This document shows, piece after piece, positions 21,707 through 31,740 of a stretch of DNA of 32,000 bases (within the stretch, counting starts at the first letter, position 1; each line of letters opens with the position of its first letter). The stretch is from Mycobacterium leprae TN. Lineage in GTDB: Bacteria; Actinomycetota; Actinomycetes; Mycobacteriales; Mycobacteriaceae. The DNA lies in NCBI RefSeq assembly GCF_000195855.1, contig NC_002677.1:2010001-2042000 (forward strand), given 5' to 3'. Position numbers and translations under genes: made by a program. The notes beneath the pieces are model-generated. The model did no database searches. It had not been told where the DNA came from and saw nothing but the letters and a program-made list of their open reading frames with translations.

Positions 21707-22417
21707 GTGACACAGACTAGCGGTATCGGGGTTCTCGACAAAGCTGTGGCGCTGTTACATACGATTACATACGACGCGTAATCTTCCTGCGGGTTGGCCG
21801 AACTGTACGACCGAGCTGGCTTGCCCAGAGCCACCACCTACCGTCTGGCCGCCGCGCTGGAGGCTCACCGTCTAGCAGCGCGCAACGACGAGGGCCGGTG
21901 CCAGCTTGGAACCGCAGTCTCCGAACTCGCGATCCATGTCAACGATCCACTGTTGGCTGCCAGCGCGACGGTGCTATCTACATTGCGCGAAAGCACCGGA
22001 GAAAGCGTGTAGCTGTATCGCCGAGAAGGCATCTCGCGGGTCTGCGTGGCCGCATCGGAACCTCCTGCGGTCCTTCGCGATACGGTTCCGGTCGGGGTGC
22101 AGTTACCAATGACGGCAGGTTCGGGAGCCAAAGTATTACTGGCCCATAGCGACGCCACCACCAGGGAAGCCGTGCTACCGACGGTGAAATTCACCGACCG
22201 GACACTAGCCGAAGTCCGCCGACGCGGTTGGGCACAAAGCGTAGCCGAGCACGAATCAGGGGTAGCAAGTGTATCGGTGCCCGTGCGCAACGGCCGCTGT
22301 GTCGTGACCGCTGCCATATCGGTGTCTGGACCCATCGACAGGATAGTCCGACGTCCCGGTGCACGATGGGCAACTGACTTACTATCAGCGGCCGAAGCAT
22401 TGACTCGCCGCCTCTGA
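21707..22417 (+). pseudogene. IclR-family transcriptional regulator (Rv2989 / LtbR-like position), pseudogene with two nonsense codons
   Basis: A single frame runs from GTG 21707 to the stop at 22417 (237 codons). It is interrupted only by TAA at 21779-21781 and TAG at 22010-22012. The sequence reads GIGVLDKAVALLHTITYDA*SSCGLAELYDRAGLPRATTYRLAAALE...STGESV*LYRREGISRVCVAASEPP...GWAQSVAEHESGVASVSVPV. It shows an IclR-type HTH plus an effector domain. Confidence 0.8.
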
Positions 22418-22540
22418 AAATTCTGCTGCTCGACCGTAAACCACGCGACACGTATCTCGATGCTGTTCACGTAGCAGGTCACAGTAGCGCTTTTCTTAGC
22501 CATCGACTCGGCGTTGGCGGTCGCCTGAAAGACTGGCCCA

Positions 22541-23030
22541 ATAGGAACCAATCGGCACGCGCATGTCGTCATGGCCGAGGCTGAAATCATTCGACTGCGT
22601 CGTCAACATCCGCACCGGTACGCTAACCACCATCGGTCCAAACGGGCAGGCACATTTGACCGCTATGTAATACACTGCCATCGACAGCGCAATCCGACTG
22701 GAAATCAAAGATAAAATCACAGAAAGCAGTCAACCTGAAACGAGACCCGCGAGTGAGTTTTTTGATCGAGAACGGCCAAACGTATGACCCGCTGCGCGGG
22801 ATGTTCTTTGAAGGAACTACGGAGAGTATCGGCCGATCACGATTCCCCTTTCCGGATCGGACCAGTTCGGAGTCAGCGTTTGGGAACGCTATACCGGTCC
22901 TACATCGACGACGCAAAGCCCATGGTCGACCAGATGATGAACAAGCGAATCGACTGTGCGCGGTGTCAGCCGTCTTACCCGTTCGTGGGATAACCACAAG
23001 CTCAGCTTGCCGCACATTCCTGTGAAGAGG
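22541..23030 (+). pseudogene. PPOX-class (pyridoxamine-5-phosphate-oxidase-like, probable F420/FMN-dependent) enzyme pseudogene (Rv2991-like)
   Basis: My own translation shows ATA in place of the start codon at 22541, followed by GTNRHAHVVMAEAEI. Frame changes follow: VNIRTGTLTTIGPNGQAHLTAM*YTAID, KSQKAVNLKRDPRVSFLIENGQTYDPLRGMFFEG, KPMVDQMMNKR, WDNHKLSLPH. Confidence 0.75.
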
Positions 23031-23108
23031 ATCGACCGGACCAGCCGCACTGGCAAATTAGAAACAAATAGGGTTCGGCCAGTAACCACGTTATCGACGG
23101 TCGCTTTG

Positions 23109-23181
23109 TAGCCCCGATGGGATTCGAACCCACGCTACCGCCGTGAGAGGGCGGCGTCCTAGGCCGCTAGACGACGGGGCC
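23109..23181 (-). tRNA. tRNA-Glu (anticodon CTC)
   Basis: The reverse complement is GGCCCCG-TC-GTCT-AGCGGCCTA-GGAC-G-CCGCC-CTCTCAC-GGCGG-TAGC-GTGGG-TTCGAAT-CCCAT-CGGGGCT-A. The cloverleaf was folded by hand. It has a G1-U72 pair and no encoded CCA. Confidence 0.9.
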
Positions 23182-23271
23182 AGAACCGATCCGAGCTGTC
23201 TAGCATAGCTCACACCGCTAAGCCCACCCAATCGCTTCGAGACCATGGTTGACAGTCCGACGGACTTTTTG

Positions 23272-23343
23272 CTGGGGTACCAGGACTCGAACCTAGAATG
23301 GCTGAACCAGAATCAGCTGTGTTGCCAATTACACCATACCCCA
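23272..23343 (-). tRNA. tRNA-Gln (anticodon CTG)
   Basis: The reverse complement is TGGGGTA-TG-GTGT-AATTGGCA-ACAC-A-GCTGA-TTCTGGT-TCAGC-CATT-CTAGG-TTCGAGT-CCTGG-TACCCCA-G. The cloverleaf was folded by hand. CCA is not encoded. Confidence 0.9.
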
Positions 23344-23381
23344 TTTCTACCTAGAACCTCTGGTCAGAGCACATTCTGCGG

Positions 23382-23410
23382 ACTATAACAAACACGTATC
23401 AGCGTCTTAA
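23382..23410 (-). promoter_or_regulatory. Candidate sigma-A-type promoter for the tRNA-Gln/tRNA-Glu pair
   Basis: The minus strand reads TTAAGA-17 nt-TATAGT. The -10 element ends about 38 nt upstream of the mature tRNA-Gln 5' end. This rests on sequence pattern only. Confidence 0.3.
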
Positions 23411-23583
23411 TATGTCCTGGGACTTGCTTCTGTCCAGCCATGATCGGCCGACGTGCAGACTACCAAAGACTCACCGCGCAAATACACACACCTTGTCTTA
23501 CCTCGTTGCGTTCCTAGTGTGGCGATAGCGAGCGCTGGAAACGGCGCGAGTAAGCAGCCACGCAACCGGACTTAGGCCTGCAG

Positions 23584-25092
23584 CTAGGCCGAGGTGACTC
23601 GCGCTCGCGCAGCACTCAGCCGCTGCAGACTGCGAGCACGGCCGAGTAGCTCCAGCGATTCGAACAGCGGCGGGCTGACCAATGCCCCCGTGGCGGCGAC
23701 CCGGATCGGGCCAAACACTTTGCGCGGTTTAAGACCAAGACCTTCGATGAGTGCAACCTTGAGGACGTCCTCGATACTCGCAGTGGTCCAATCCACCAGG
23801 CTGTCCAGCACGGCACAGGCAACATCAAGCACCGGCCCGGCATCGGCATCCAGTTCTTTGGCAGCGGCCTTAGAGTCGATAGAGTACTCGTCATCGTTGA
23901 GGAATTTCAACAGGTCCCAAGCGTCACCAAGCACAACGATGCGGGTCTGCACCAACTGCGCCGCGGCAACGAAACCAGCTTCGTAATTAGCGGGATCCAA
24001 AGCGATGTGGTAGCCGTGTGTGGTGAAGTAGTCGCGTAGCCTGCCAGCGAAATCCTCGGAGTCGAGCATTCGGATGTGCTCGGCGTTAACCGCATCGGCC
24101 TTCTTCTGATCGAATCGCGCCGGATTGGAGTTGACGTCGACCACATCGAACGCGGCTACCATCTCATCGAGACTGAACAAGTCGTGGTCATCGGCGATCG
24201 CCCACCCCAGCAAGGCAAGGTAGTTCAGCAGACCTTCGGGGATAAAGCCCCGGTCACGGTGGGCAAACAAATTCGACTGCGGTTCTCGCTTCGAGAGTTT
24301 CTTGGTTCCCTCCCCCAATACCGATGGGAAATGACCGAATTCGGGAATACGCTCAGCCATCCCGATTCGGATCAACGCCTGGTATAGCGCCACCTGTCGC
24401 GGAGTCGACGATAGTAAGTCTTCGCCCCGCAGTACATGCGTGATCTTCATCAGCGCGTCATCGCACGGGTTGACCAAAGTGTACAACGGATCTCCGCTTG
24501 CTCGGGTCAACACGTAATCGGGCACAGTGCCCACAGCAAAGGTAGTTGTCCCGCGCACCAGGTCATCCCAACTGATATCCTCGTCGGGCATCCGCAGCCG
24601 AACTACAGGCTTACGGCCTTCCGCCAAGTACGCTGAGAACTGCGCATCGGTAAGATCGCGGTCAAAGTTGTCATAACCCAGCTTGGGATTGCGTCCAGCA
24701 GCAAGATGGCGGTTCTCGACTTCCTCCGGTGTGGAGAAAGCGTAATAGGCCTCTCCTGTAGCAAGCAACTTTGCCACCACCTCGCGGTAGATGTCAGTGC
24801 GCTGCGACTGCCGGTACGGACCGTAAGGTCCTCCAACCTCGGGACCCTCGTCCCAGTTCAGGCCGAGCCAGCGCAACGCATCGAGCAGGGCCAGGTAGCT
24901 TTCTTCACTGTCGCGGTCGGCGTCGGTGTCCTCGATGCGTAAGACGAAGGTGCCTCCAGTATGTCGAGCGTAAGCCCAGTTGAACAGGGCCGTGCGAACC
25001 ATCCCGACGTGCGGAACACCAGTGGGCGATGGGCAGAATCGTACCCTGACTTTTGCTGCTTGCGGGGTACCATCAGAGGTTACTGCAGTCAC
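23584..25092 (-). CDS. gltX: Glutamyl-tRNA synthetase
   Basis: 502-aa ORF with a GTG start. It has the class I HIGH-type motif ([15 protein letters not shown]) and KLSKR (KMSKS equivalent). Confidence 0.97.
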   Translation of the reverse strand: MTAVTSDGTPQAAKVRVRFCPSPTGVPHVGMVRTALFNWAYARHTGGTFVLRIEDTDADRDSEESYLALLDALRWLGLNWDEGPEVGGPYGPYRQSQRTDIYREVVAKLLATGEAYYAFSTPEEVENRHLAAGRNPKLGYDNFDRDLTDAQFSAYLAEGRKPVVRLRMPDEDISWDDLVRGTTTFAVGTVPDYVLTRASGDPLYTLVNPCDDALMKITHVLRGEDLLSSTPRQVALYQALIRIGMAERIPEFGHFPSVLGEGTKKLSKREPQSNLFAHRDRGFIPEGLLNYLALLGWAIADDHDLFSLDEMVAAFDVVDVNSNPARFDQKKADAVNAEHIRMLDSEDFAGRLRDYFTTHGYHIALDPANYEAGFVAAAQLVQTRIVVLGDAWDLLKFLNDDEYSIDSKAAAKELDADAGPVLDVACAVLDSLVDWTTASIEDVLKVALIEGLGLKPRKVFGPIRVAATGALVSPPLFESLELLGRARSLQRLSAARARVTSA

Positions 25093-25895
25093 GACTTTCC
25101 TTTGCGGACTACGGGATTGGTAAGAGTTCCGATGCCTTCGACAGTGATAGAAACGATGTCACCGTCTTCGACGGGACCAACACCTGCCGGTGTCCCGGTG
25201 AGTATGAGATCACCGGGCAGCAATGTCATTACCGCCGAGATCCACTCCATGATGGCACCGATGCCGTGAATCATCAGGGAGGTGCGGCTGTGTTGTTTAA
25301 CTTCGCCGTTGACTGCGGTTCGCAGTTCAAGATCGGCTGGGTCTAGGGGACCGAGGTCGGTGACGATCCACGGCCCTACTGGGCAGAAGGTATCATGTCC
25401 TTTCGCGCGGGTCCATTGACCATCCGCGCGTTGTTGATCGCGAGCCGACATGTCGTTGCCGATGGTATAGCCGAGAATGCAGTCGACGGCCTGGACTGCC
25501 GGGACGTCCTTGCACGACCGGCCCACCACGAGTGCCAACTCGCCCTCGAAATGCACAGGTGATGCGTTGGCAGGCAGTCGAATCGGAACATTTGGCCCGA
25601 TGATCGCGGTATTGGGCTTGAGGAATATCACCGGATCTGCCGAAGCTAGTCCCGTTTGGCCACCCATCTCGACGATATGATCGGCGTAGTTCTTACCGAT
25701 ACAGACCACCTTGCTGGCCAGCATCGGAGCCAGTAGCCGGACATCGGCTAATGGCCACGAACGGCCAGTGAAGGTTAACTCGCCGAATGGGTACTCAGCG
25801 AGCTCACGGGCAAACATCCCATCGGGATCGTCAGGCTCACCTTCGATGCTGACGAACGCGACGCCATCTGGACTAGATATTCGACCAAGACGCAT
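25089..25895 (-). CDS. Fumarylacetoacetate hydrolase-family protein (Rv2993c-like)
   Basis: 268-aa ORF with FAH-fold signatures ([39 protein letters not shown]). Its TGA stop overlaps the gltX GTG start (GTGA). Confidence 0.9.
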   Translation of the reverse strand: MRLGRISSPDGVAFVSIEGEPDDPDGMFARELAEYPFGELTFTGRSWPLADVRLLAPMLASKVVCIGKNYADHIVEMGGQTGLASADPVIFLKPNTAIIGPNVPIRLPANASPVHFEGELALVVGRSCKDVPAVQAVDCILGYTIGNDMSARDQQRADGQWTRAKGHDTFCPVGPWIVTDLGPLDPADLELRTAVNGEVKQHSRTSLMIHGIGAIMEWISAVMTLLPGDLILTGTPAGVGPVEDGDIVSITVEGIGTLTNPVVRKGKS

Positions 25896-25949
25896 TTACT
25901 TGAGACTAGCGTAACGACAATGCATGCCGTGGAGCGGCGGTGCACGCAC

Positions 25950-27130
25950 AAGCATGATCCGATGCCTGAGAATCCGAGTCACCCAAACCAATTGAGCCTA
26001 GGCGCACGCTGGTCAATAACATTCATCTCGGTGGGCGTGACATCTAGTAGCTCGTTCCTGTTTATCAACAGCGTTGCGTTCATGATTTCCGCATTTGTCG
26101 CCGCACGTGGGAATCTCGTTGGCCGACGCTGAACTATTGGCTTCGATGACCAGCTAGGGCCGGAGGTCGTTACGCTGGCTTTATGAAGTTACATCACCGT
26201 ACGGCTGAGCAAGTGGATCGTCATAATTGTGGGCTCGGCGCTCACCGCGGCTTCGAAGTATGCCGCGGCATCGGTCCACTCGCTAGTGGCAACGGGCGCA
26301 TTCCTATTCCTCGGTGGCATGCCCACCGCTAGCCGTAACACGGCTGGCGGTGGGCTGGTCTCCAATTGGCTACCACCAAAGTAAACTCAAAGTCGCGATG
26401 GGGCTTATCCGTCAGACCGTGCAAAACCGCTGAGAATCGCCATCGGCGCCTTGACGATACCCGAGATCGTCGAACGCAGGCCTGATGTTTCCGGCATTTA
26501 TGTGCACGATATCCACGGTGGCCAGCGCGATCGGCAGATTGACAGCCGCGGAAAAGCCCGGACAGCAACAAGGAACTGGCCACCCGTATCACGAGGCGTT
26601 CACGTTGTGGCTAATCCACGCAATCTAGGCACTGCTGATGATGTCGCAGGCGATACCAGTGACGTTCATGTTGGTCTGGCTGGTAAAACACTACGGTTGG
26701 TCGGTCGCAGCAGCGGGCTAAGCCGGTGGCAATCTCGCAACTGCTCAGTGCACTGGGCCGCATCCTGGCTGGCCGCATAGGCTCACGAATGCGATTCGTT
26801 CGCATCATCACCACCCCGGCTGCTTCGGCCCTGTTTCTGCTAACCCTTGTCTATGACCAGGGTTCGCGGTACTACGTGTTGCTCATGATCGCCATATCGG
26901 TTACTGCAGTGCTTGACAACGGGTTGGAAGCAACCGTGATCACCAAATTGCGCCAGACCGTTCTGGAGCTGGGACGCTATATGGACATTCAGAACACCTA
27001 CCAGCGGCCAATGGCAGCTGCCGCACCCCCACTGTTCGGTATCCTGACCGCCGACGCTACGTATCCACCGACCTGGGTGTTGCGCGGATTTTTCCCGCTC
27101 GCATCAGCGCCTTTGGTGCCGATGCGGTAG
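25950..27130 (+). pseudogene. Probable MFS-type membrane transporter remnant (position of Rv2994)
   Basis: There are only short hydrophobic ORF fragments in several plus-strand frames (WSITFISVGVTSSSSFLFINSVAFMISAFV, WIVIIVGSALTAAS, AASALFLLTLVYDQGSRYYVLLMIAISVTAVL). No continuous ORF exists. The assignment rests mostly on synteny and hydrophobicity. Confidence 0.4.
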
Positions 27131-27154
27131 GTCCCGACCGGCTTGGAACCTAAC

Positions 27155-28165
27155 CTAGAGTGCAGCGGCTATTCGTTCTCCAACTTCGCCGGTGGAAAAC
27201 CGCCCGTTCCCGCGAGTCGCCAAATAACTCGCTACCGCCTGGTCCAACCGAGCAGCCGGCTCATCCTCACCGAGATGGGCGAGCAGCAGTGCCAACGACA
27301 TTATCGCCGCGGTCGGATCAGCGATGCCCTGGCCGGCAATATCCGGAGCGCTGCCATGCACCGGCTCGAACATCGACGGATTGGTCCGGGTGGCATCGAT
27401 ATTTCCACTGGCGGCCAAGGCAATGCCACCACACACCGCTGCGGCCAAGTCGGTGATGATATCACCGAATAGGTTATCAGTGACAATGACATCAAAGCGA
27501 CTGGGTTCGGTGACCAAGTAGATGGTGGCCGCATCTATATGCTGGTAGACAACCTCGACGTCGGGGTATTTTTCACCGACCTCCTGCACGATCCTACACC
27601 ACAACGTCCCGGCATAGGTCAGCACGTTGTTCTTGTGTACCAGCGTCAGATGCTTGCGGCGCTGTCGGGCACGTTCGAACGCATCTTGCACCACCCGGCG
27701 CACACCAAAAGCGGTATTCACACTTACCTCCGTGGCCACCTCGTTAGGGGTTCCGACACGGATCGCACCGCCGGTACCAGTGTAGGGGCCTTCGGTGCCC
27801 TCGCGAACCACCACAAAGTCAATATCGGGCTTTCCCGCAAGCAAACTGTTAACACCTGGATACAACCGGGCCGGTCGCAGATTGATATGATGATCCAGCT
27901 CGAAGCGCAATCTCAGCAGCAAGCCCCGCTCCAACACACCACTAGGGACTGAGGGATCACCTACCGCCCCGAGCAAGATGGCGTCGTGCTCCCGTAGCTC
28001 GGCGAGCACCGACTCCGGCAATAGCTCACCAGTGGTGTGATAACGCCGGGCGCCCAGATCGTAGGTAGTCTTCTGTACGCCCGGCAGCACCACATCAAGA
28101 ATTTTGACTGCCTGTGCGACCACCTCCGGGCCGATCCCGTCGCCACCGATGATCGCCAATTTCAT
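27155..28165 (-). CDS. leuB: 3-isopropylmalate dehydrogenase
   Basis: 336-aa ORF ([15 protein letters not shown]..., [12 protein letters not shown]). GAAGGAG lies 8 nt upstream of the ATG. Confidence 0.97.
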   Translation of the reverse strand: MKLAIIGGDGIGPEVVAQAVKILDVVLPGVQKTTYDLGARRYHTTGELLPESVLAELREHDAILLGAVGDPSVPSGVLERGLLLRLRFELDHHINLRPARLYPGVNSLLAGKPDIDFVVVREGTEGPYTGTGGAIRVGTPNEVATEVSVNTAFGVRRVVQDAFERARQRRKHLTLVHKNNVLTYAGTLWCRIVQEVGEKYPDVEVVYQHIDAATIYLVTEPSRFDVIVTDNLFGDIITDLAAAVCGGIALAASGNIDATRTNPSMFEPVHGSAPDIAGQGIADPTAAIMSLALLLAHLGEDEPAARLDQAVASYLATRGNGRFSTGEVGERIAAAL

Positions 28166-28214
28166 CTGCCCCGCTCCTTCTCATCGCCTCGCGCTGGATC
28201 GTCACCGGAGTAAG

Positions 28215-29801
28215 TCATGACAGATTGACTACCTCAAGCTTGTTGGCACTCACCGCTGCCACGATCGCCGACCGCACATCACCCGGCACGTCTTGATCCA
28301 GCCTCAACAGAATCGTCGCACCTGGCCCCTCGGTGTCCTCAGACAGCTGAGCAGCTTGGATATTCACCCCGGCCGCGCCCAGCAAAGTGCCAATCTTGCC
28401 CAGAGCGCCAGGTTGGTCGACATACCTGATCACCAAGTTCATGCCCTGCGCACGCAAATCAAAGTTACGACCATTGACCTGCACGATCTTCTGCACCAGT
28501 TGCGGCCCAGACAACGTACCGGCTATGTTGACCACCGAGCCGTCGGAGGCGACCGCCCGCACGTCGACCACACTGCGATGGTTGGGGCTCTCCGAGCCCG
28601 TAGTGATTTCAGCGGACACACCTCGTTCGGCGGCCAGTGCCGGTGCGTTGACGAACGTCACAGCATCCTCTATGACCGTCGAGAAAAGCCCACGTAGGGC
28701 CGAAAGCCGCAATATTTCAACGTCTTCAGAAGCCAACTCGCCACGCACGTGCACCGACAACGACGCCGGCAGTTCATCGGATAACGCGGCTACCAGCACC
28801 CCAAGCTTGCACACCAAGTCCAGCCAGGGAGCCACCTCTTCGTTGACCACGCCCCCGTCCACGTTGACCGCGTCAGGCACAAACTCCCCCGCCAGCGCCA
28901 GCCGCACGCTTTCGGCCACATCAGTACCTGCTCGATCCTGGGCTTCGGCGGTAGACGCCCCCAGATGCGGTGTCACCACCACCTGCGATAGTTCAAACAG
29001 CGGGCTATCGGTGCACGGTTCGGTGGCAAACACATCTAGACCGGCCGCCCGAACATGTCCGCTGCGCACCGCATCGGCTAGCGCCACCTCGTCCACTAAG
29101 CCGCCGCGTGCGGCATTGACAATGATGACACCGGGCTTGGTTTTGGCCAGCGCCTCCTTGTCGATCAGGCCCGCCGTCTCGGGCGTCTTCGGCAAATGCA
29201 CTGAGATAAAATCGGCCCGGGCTAGGAGATCGTCAAAAGACATCAGCTCGATACCAAGCTGCGCGGCCCGTGCCGGCGCCACATACGGGTCGTAAGCGAT
29301 AACGTGAGCCCCGAACGCTGCTATCCGTGCGGCAACCAACTGCCCAATCCGACCCAGCCCCACCACGCCGACGGTCTTGCCGAAAATTTCGGTGCCGGAG
29401 AACGACGACCGTTTCCAGATGTGTGCACGCAGTGAGGCGTCGGCCTCCGCGATCTGCCGAGAAGCTGCCAATAGCAGCGCCAACGCGTGCTCAGCGGCGC
29501 TGTGAATGTTCGACGTTGGGGCGTTGACTACCAGGACACCGCGCGCGGTGGCGGCATCGACATCAACGTTGTCTAGCCCTACCCCGGCACGGGCGACGAT
29601 CTTGAGCTTAGGAGCGGCTGCCAGCACCTCGGCGTCGACAGTAGTGGCCGACCGCACCAACAACGCGTCGGCCTCGGGTACTGCAGCTAACAGCTTCGTC
29701 CGGTCTGGACCGTCCACCCACCGCACCTCGACTTGGTCTCCCAGGGCAGCCACGGTTGATTGGGCGAGTTTGTCGGCAATTAACACAACAGGCAGGTCCA
29801 C
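28215..29801 (-). CDS. serA: D-3-phosphoglycerate dehydrogenase (long form with ASB and ACT domains)
   Basis: 528-aa ORF with a GTG start. It has the [13 protein letters not shown] fold and the catalytic region [10 protein letters not shown]. The C-terminal regulatory domains are present. Confidence 0.97.
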   Translation of the reverse strand: MDLPVVLIADKLAQSTVAALGDQVEVRWVDGPDRTKLLAAVPEADALLVRSATTVDAEVLAAAPKLKIVARAGVGLDNVDVDAATARGVLVVNAPTSNIHSAAEHALALLLAASRQIAEADASLRAHIWKRSSFSGTEIFGKTVGVVGLGRIGQLVAARIAAFGAHVIAYDPYVAPARAAQLGIELMSFDDLLARADFISVHLPKTPETAGLIDKEALAKTKPGVIIVNAARGGLVDEVALADAVRSGHVRAAGLDVFATEPCTDSPLFELSQVVVTPHLGASTAEAQDRAGTDVAESVRLALAGEFVPDAVNVDGGVVNEEVAPWLDLVCKLGVLVAALSDELPASLSVHVRGELASEDVEILRLSALRGLFSTVIEDAVTFVNAPALAAERGVSAEITTGSESPNHRSVVDVRAVASDGSVVNIAGTLSGPQLVQKIVQVNGRNFDLRAQGMNLVIRYVDQPGALGKIGTLLGAAGVNIQAAQLSEDTEGPGATILLRLDQDVPGDVRSAIVAAVSANKLEVVNLS

Positions 29802-29828
29802 GCCGCCAGAGTATCGACTGTAATTGAC

Positions 29829-31175
29829 ATGTGGACGTCACCGTCGTCGACAGCGAACTCACCAAGATCTCTGCTGCCTGACCTGCGCCCGCGCAGGACG
29901 CAAAATGCCAGTAGTCAAGGCTCAGCGGTTAACCCCCTGACGCTGGCATCGCCGTTTTTCGTGGAGTTCGACTTGCGTGCCCGCGGCGTCACACTGGCGG
30001 TACCAAAGATTGCCTATGCAAACCCGCTGCCGAGCCGGCCCGCGGCCATCGCTTACCGCGATCTCGAACGCACAGTGCCGAGTTGGTCGACTACGCGTCC
30101 TGGCGGCGACTGCTCGGGCCACTGACGGCAGACGCCGACGCAGTGATCGGATTCGTGCTCGGCGACAAGCGTTCGGTGCCCAGTTAGATCTTGCCTGACC
30201 TGCGTCTGGGCTTACGAATGCTGGCGCAAAGCACCCCGACGTGGCGGTCACTGAGTGGCGAGTACACCCGATCCTTGTTCACCGGCGTTGCCGCCCATAC
30301 GGTTTTGCGGATACCGTCGTTGGTATCGGCGGGCGCCGGGTTAACGCCGCCCACCCTCGCCTATGCAGTAGGCTAACCGCGCCTGGTGGTGGGCTACCCA
30401 GACATCATCGACACGCTTGCCTACCTAAGCGCGCGCAGAAGCGCGTTTACGGACGACGTGGAAAGCACCGAATCACCAGGACTCCTGAGGTGCCGTCATG
30501 TTTGACACGACCCCAACAATGTTGCTTCAGAAGTACGGCAACATCCTTCCACCTCGGTACGTTAAAGCATTTCGCCGTAACCGACTGGGCCAGATGTTGC
30601 CAAAGTCGACTTCGTGGTTAGTTATTCCATCTCGTGGTCGGATCCGCGGCTGCGGCAAGCAGCAATTCTTCAATCTGGGCGATACCCCGCGAATAGATAG
30701 CGCGCACCGAGGCAGACATCGTGGTTGGCCGCCACGCGCGGTGGCCAATGCTGCTAACCACCTCACCACACATCGCCGATCCGGGCCGCATCGCTACCAA
30801 CGGCCGCCATCTTTTCTGGACTTACACCTACGTCCCGTCGAATTCCACCGCCGATCCAACCGAGACCGTGACCGGGGGTGTCGAGCAATTCACACCGAGC
30901 TTCCGCGACATCGTGGTTGTGGCGCATACGGTGTACACCGCGCTAATAACCGACTATGTCGGCGACCATATTGTGACGGGAGACAATTCCCTGCGGCGTG
31001 CGATCGCTAACCTCCACACCGAGGATCAACCCTTGGCACACAACGACTCCCAAGGTGTAATCTGTGTTCGGCTGCCCCCGGCAACAACGTGCACGGCATG
31101 GCCGGTTACTAAGCCGCACACACCCTGTTACTCCGAGAATTCGGGACCACCGACGTGCCCGCGATGGCACCGTGA
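29829..31175 (+). pseudogene. Phytoene-desaturase-like FAD/NAD(P) oxidoreductase pseudogene (Rv2997-like)
   Basis: Fragments occur in different frames: [16 protein letters not shown] (degenerate GxGxxG region), [100 protein letters not shown], and LCSAAPGNNVHGMAGY*. Multiple stops and frameshifts are present. Confidence 0.75.
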
Positions 31176-31740
31176 CAAGGCTCGCGGTCATCTATTATTT
31201 CGACCACCAGTCACGGCACCACGATGGCTGAGCGCGTCTCCGCTACGACCAAATCTGCGTGCACGGAAGTCCAATGCGCCACGTAGCCGAGACATGCGCC
31301 CCGGAATCGTTCGCACCCAACCCGGCCAGGACGGCTAACTACGAAGCCACCAAAGACTTGCCCCCAACCACCGGTGACGACAGTATCTGAGTCGACGCCT
31401 TGATTTTTCACTGGCCGACCTGATTCGGCTCTCCGGCATCGCAATTGTGCAACTTCCTCGACTCGCTGTACGGGCTGTGAGCCGAAGGCAAGCTGGCCGA
31501 CAAGGTGCACTCGGCCTTCACATCGTCCAATACCGTACATGACGGACAGGAAACCACCCTGGTCACACCGTACTTGACCCTGATGCATTTCAGCGACATC
31601 ATCGGTGATACTGGGTACACACCGATACGGTGAAATCTGTCGACGGCCACCCTGATAGAGGTGAGCTCAGTGTCCACCCACGACAACATCACCGAATCAA
31701 ATTATGTTATGCGACCGGCAAACACCCTCGATTACCGGGC

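Noticed and set aside
21865-22590. 241-aa minus-strand ORF opposite the IclR pseudogene
   Set aside because: It is Arg/Ser/Thr/Ala-rich with no recognisable domain. It is a typical antisense open frame in GC-rich DNA, and the plus strand carries clear IclR homology.
23254-23270. Hairpin agtcc-gac-ggact followed by TTTTT on the plus strand between the two tRNAs, resembling an intrinsic terminator
   Set aside because: The stem is only 5 bp. No plus-strand transcription unit ends here, and on the relevant minus strand the A-run precedes the stem.
28387-29295. 302-aa plus-strand ORF inside serA
   Set aside because: It is a Ser/Thr/Ala/Pro-rich antisense frame of a well-supported gene. The same reasoning applies to 5062..5694 (+) within recG and 17070..17690 (-) within ppk1. 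ORF 16451..16996 (+) is an out-of-frame same-strand ORF within ppk1 and is rejected for the same reason.
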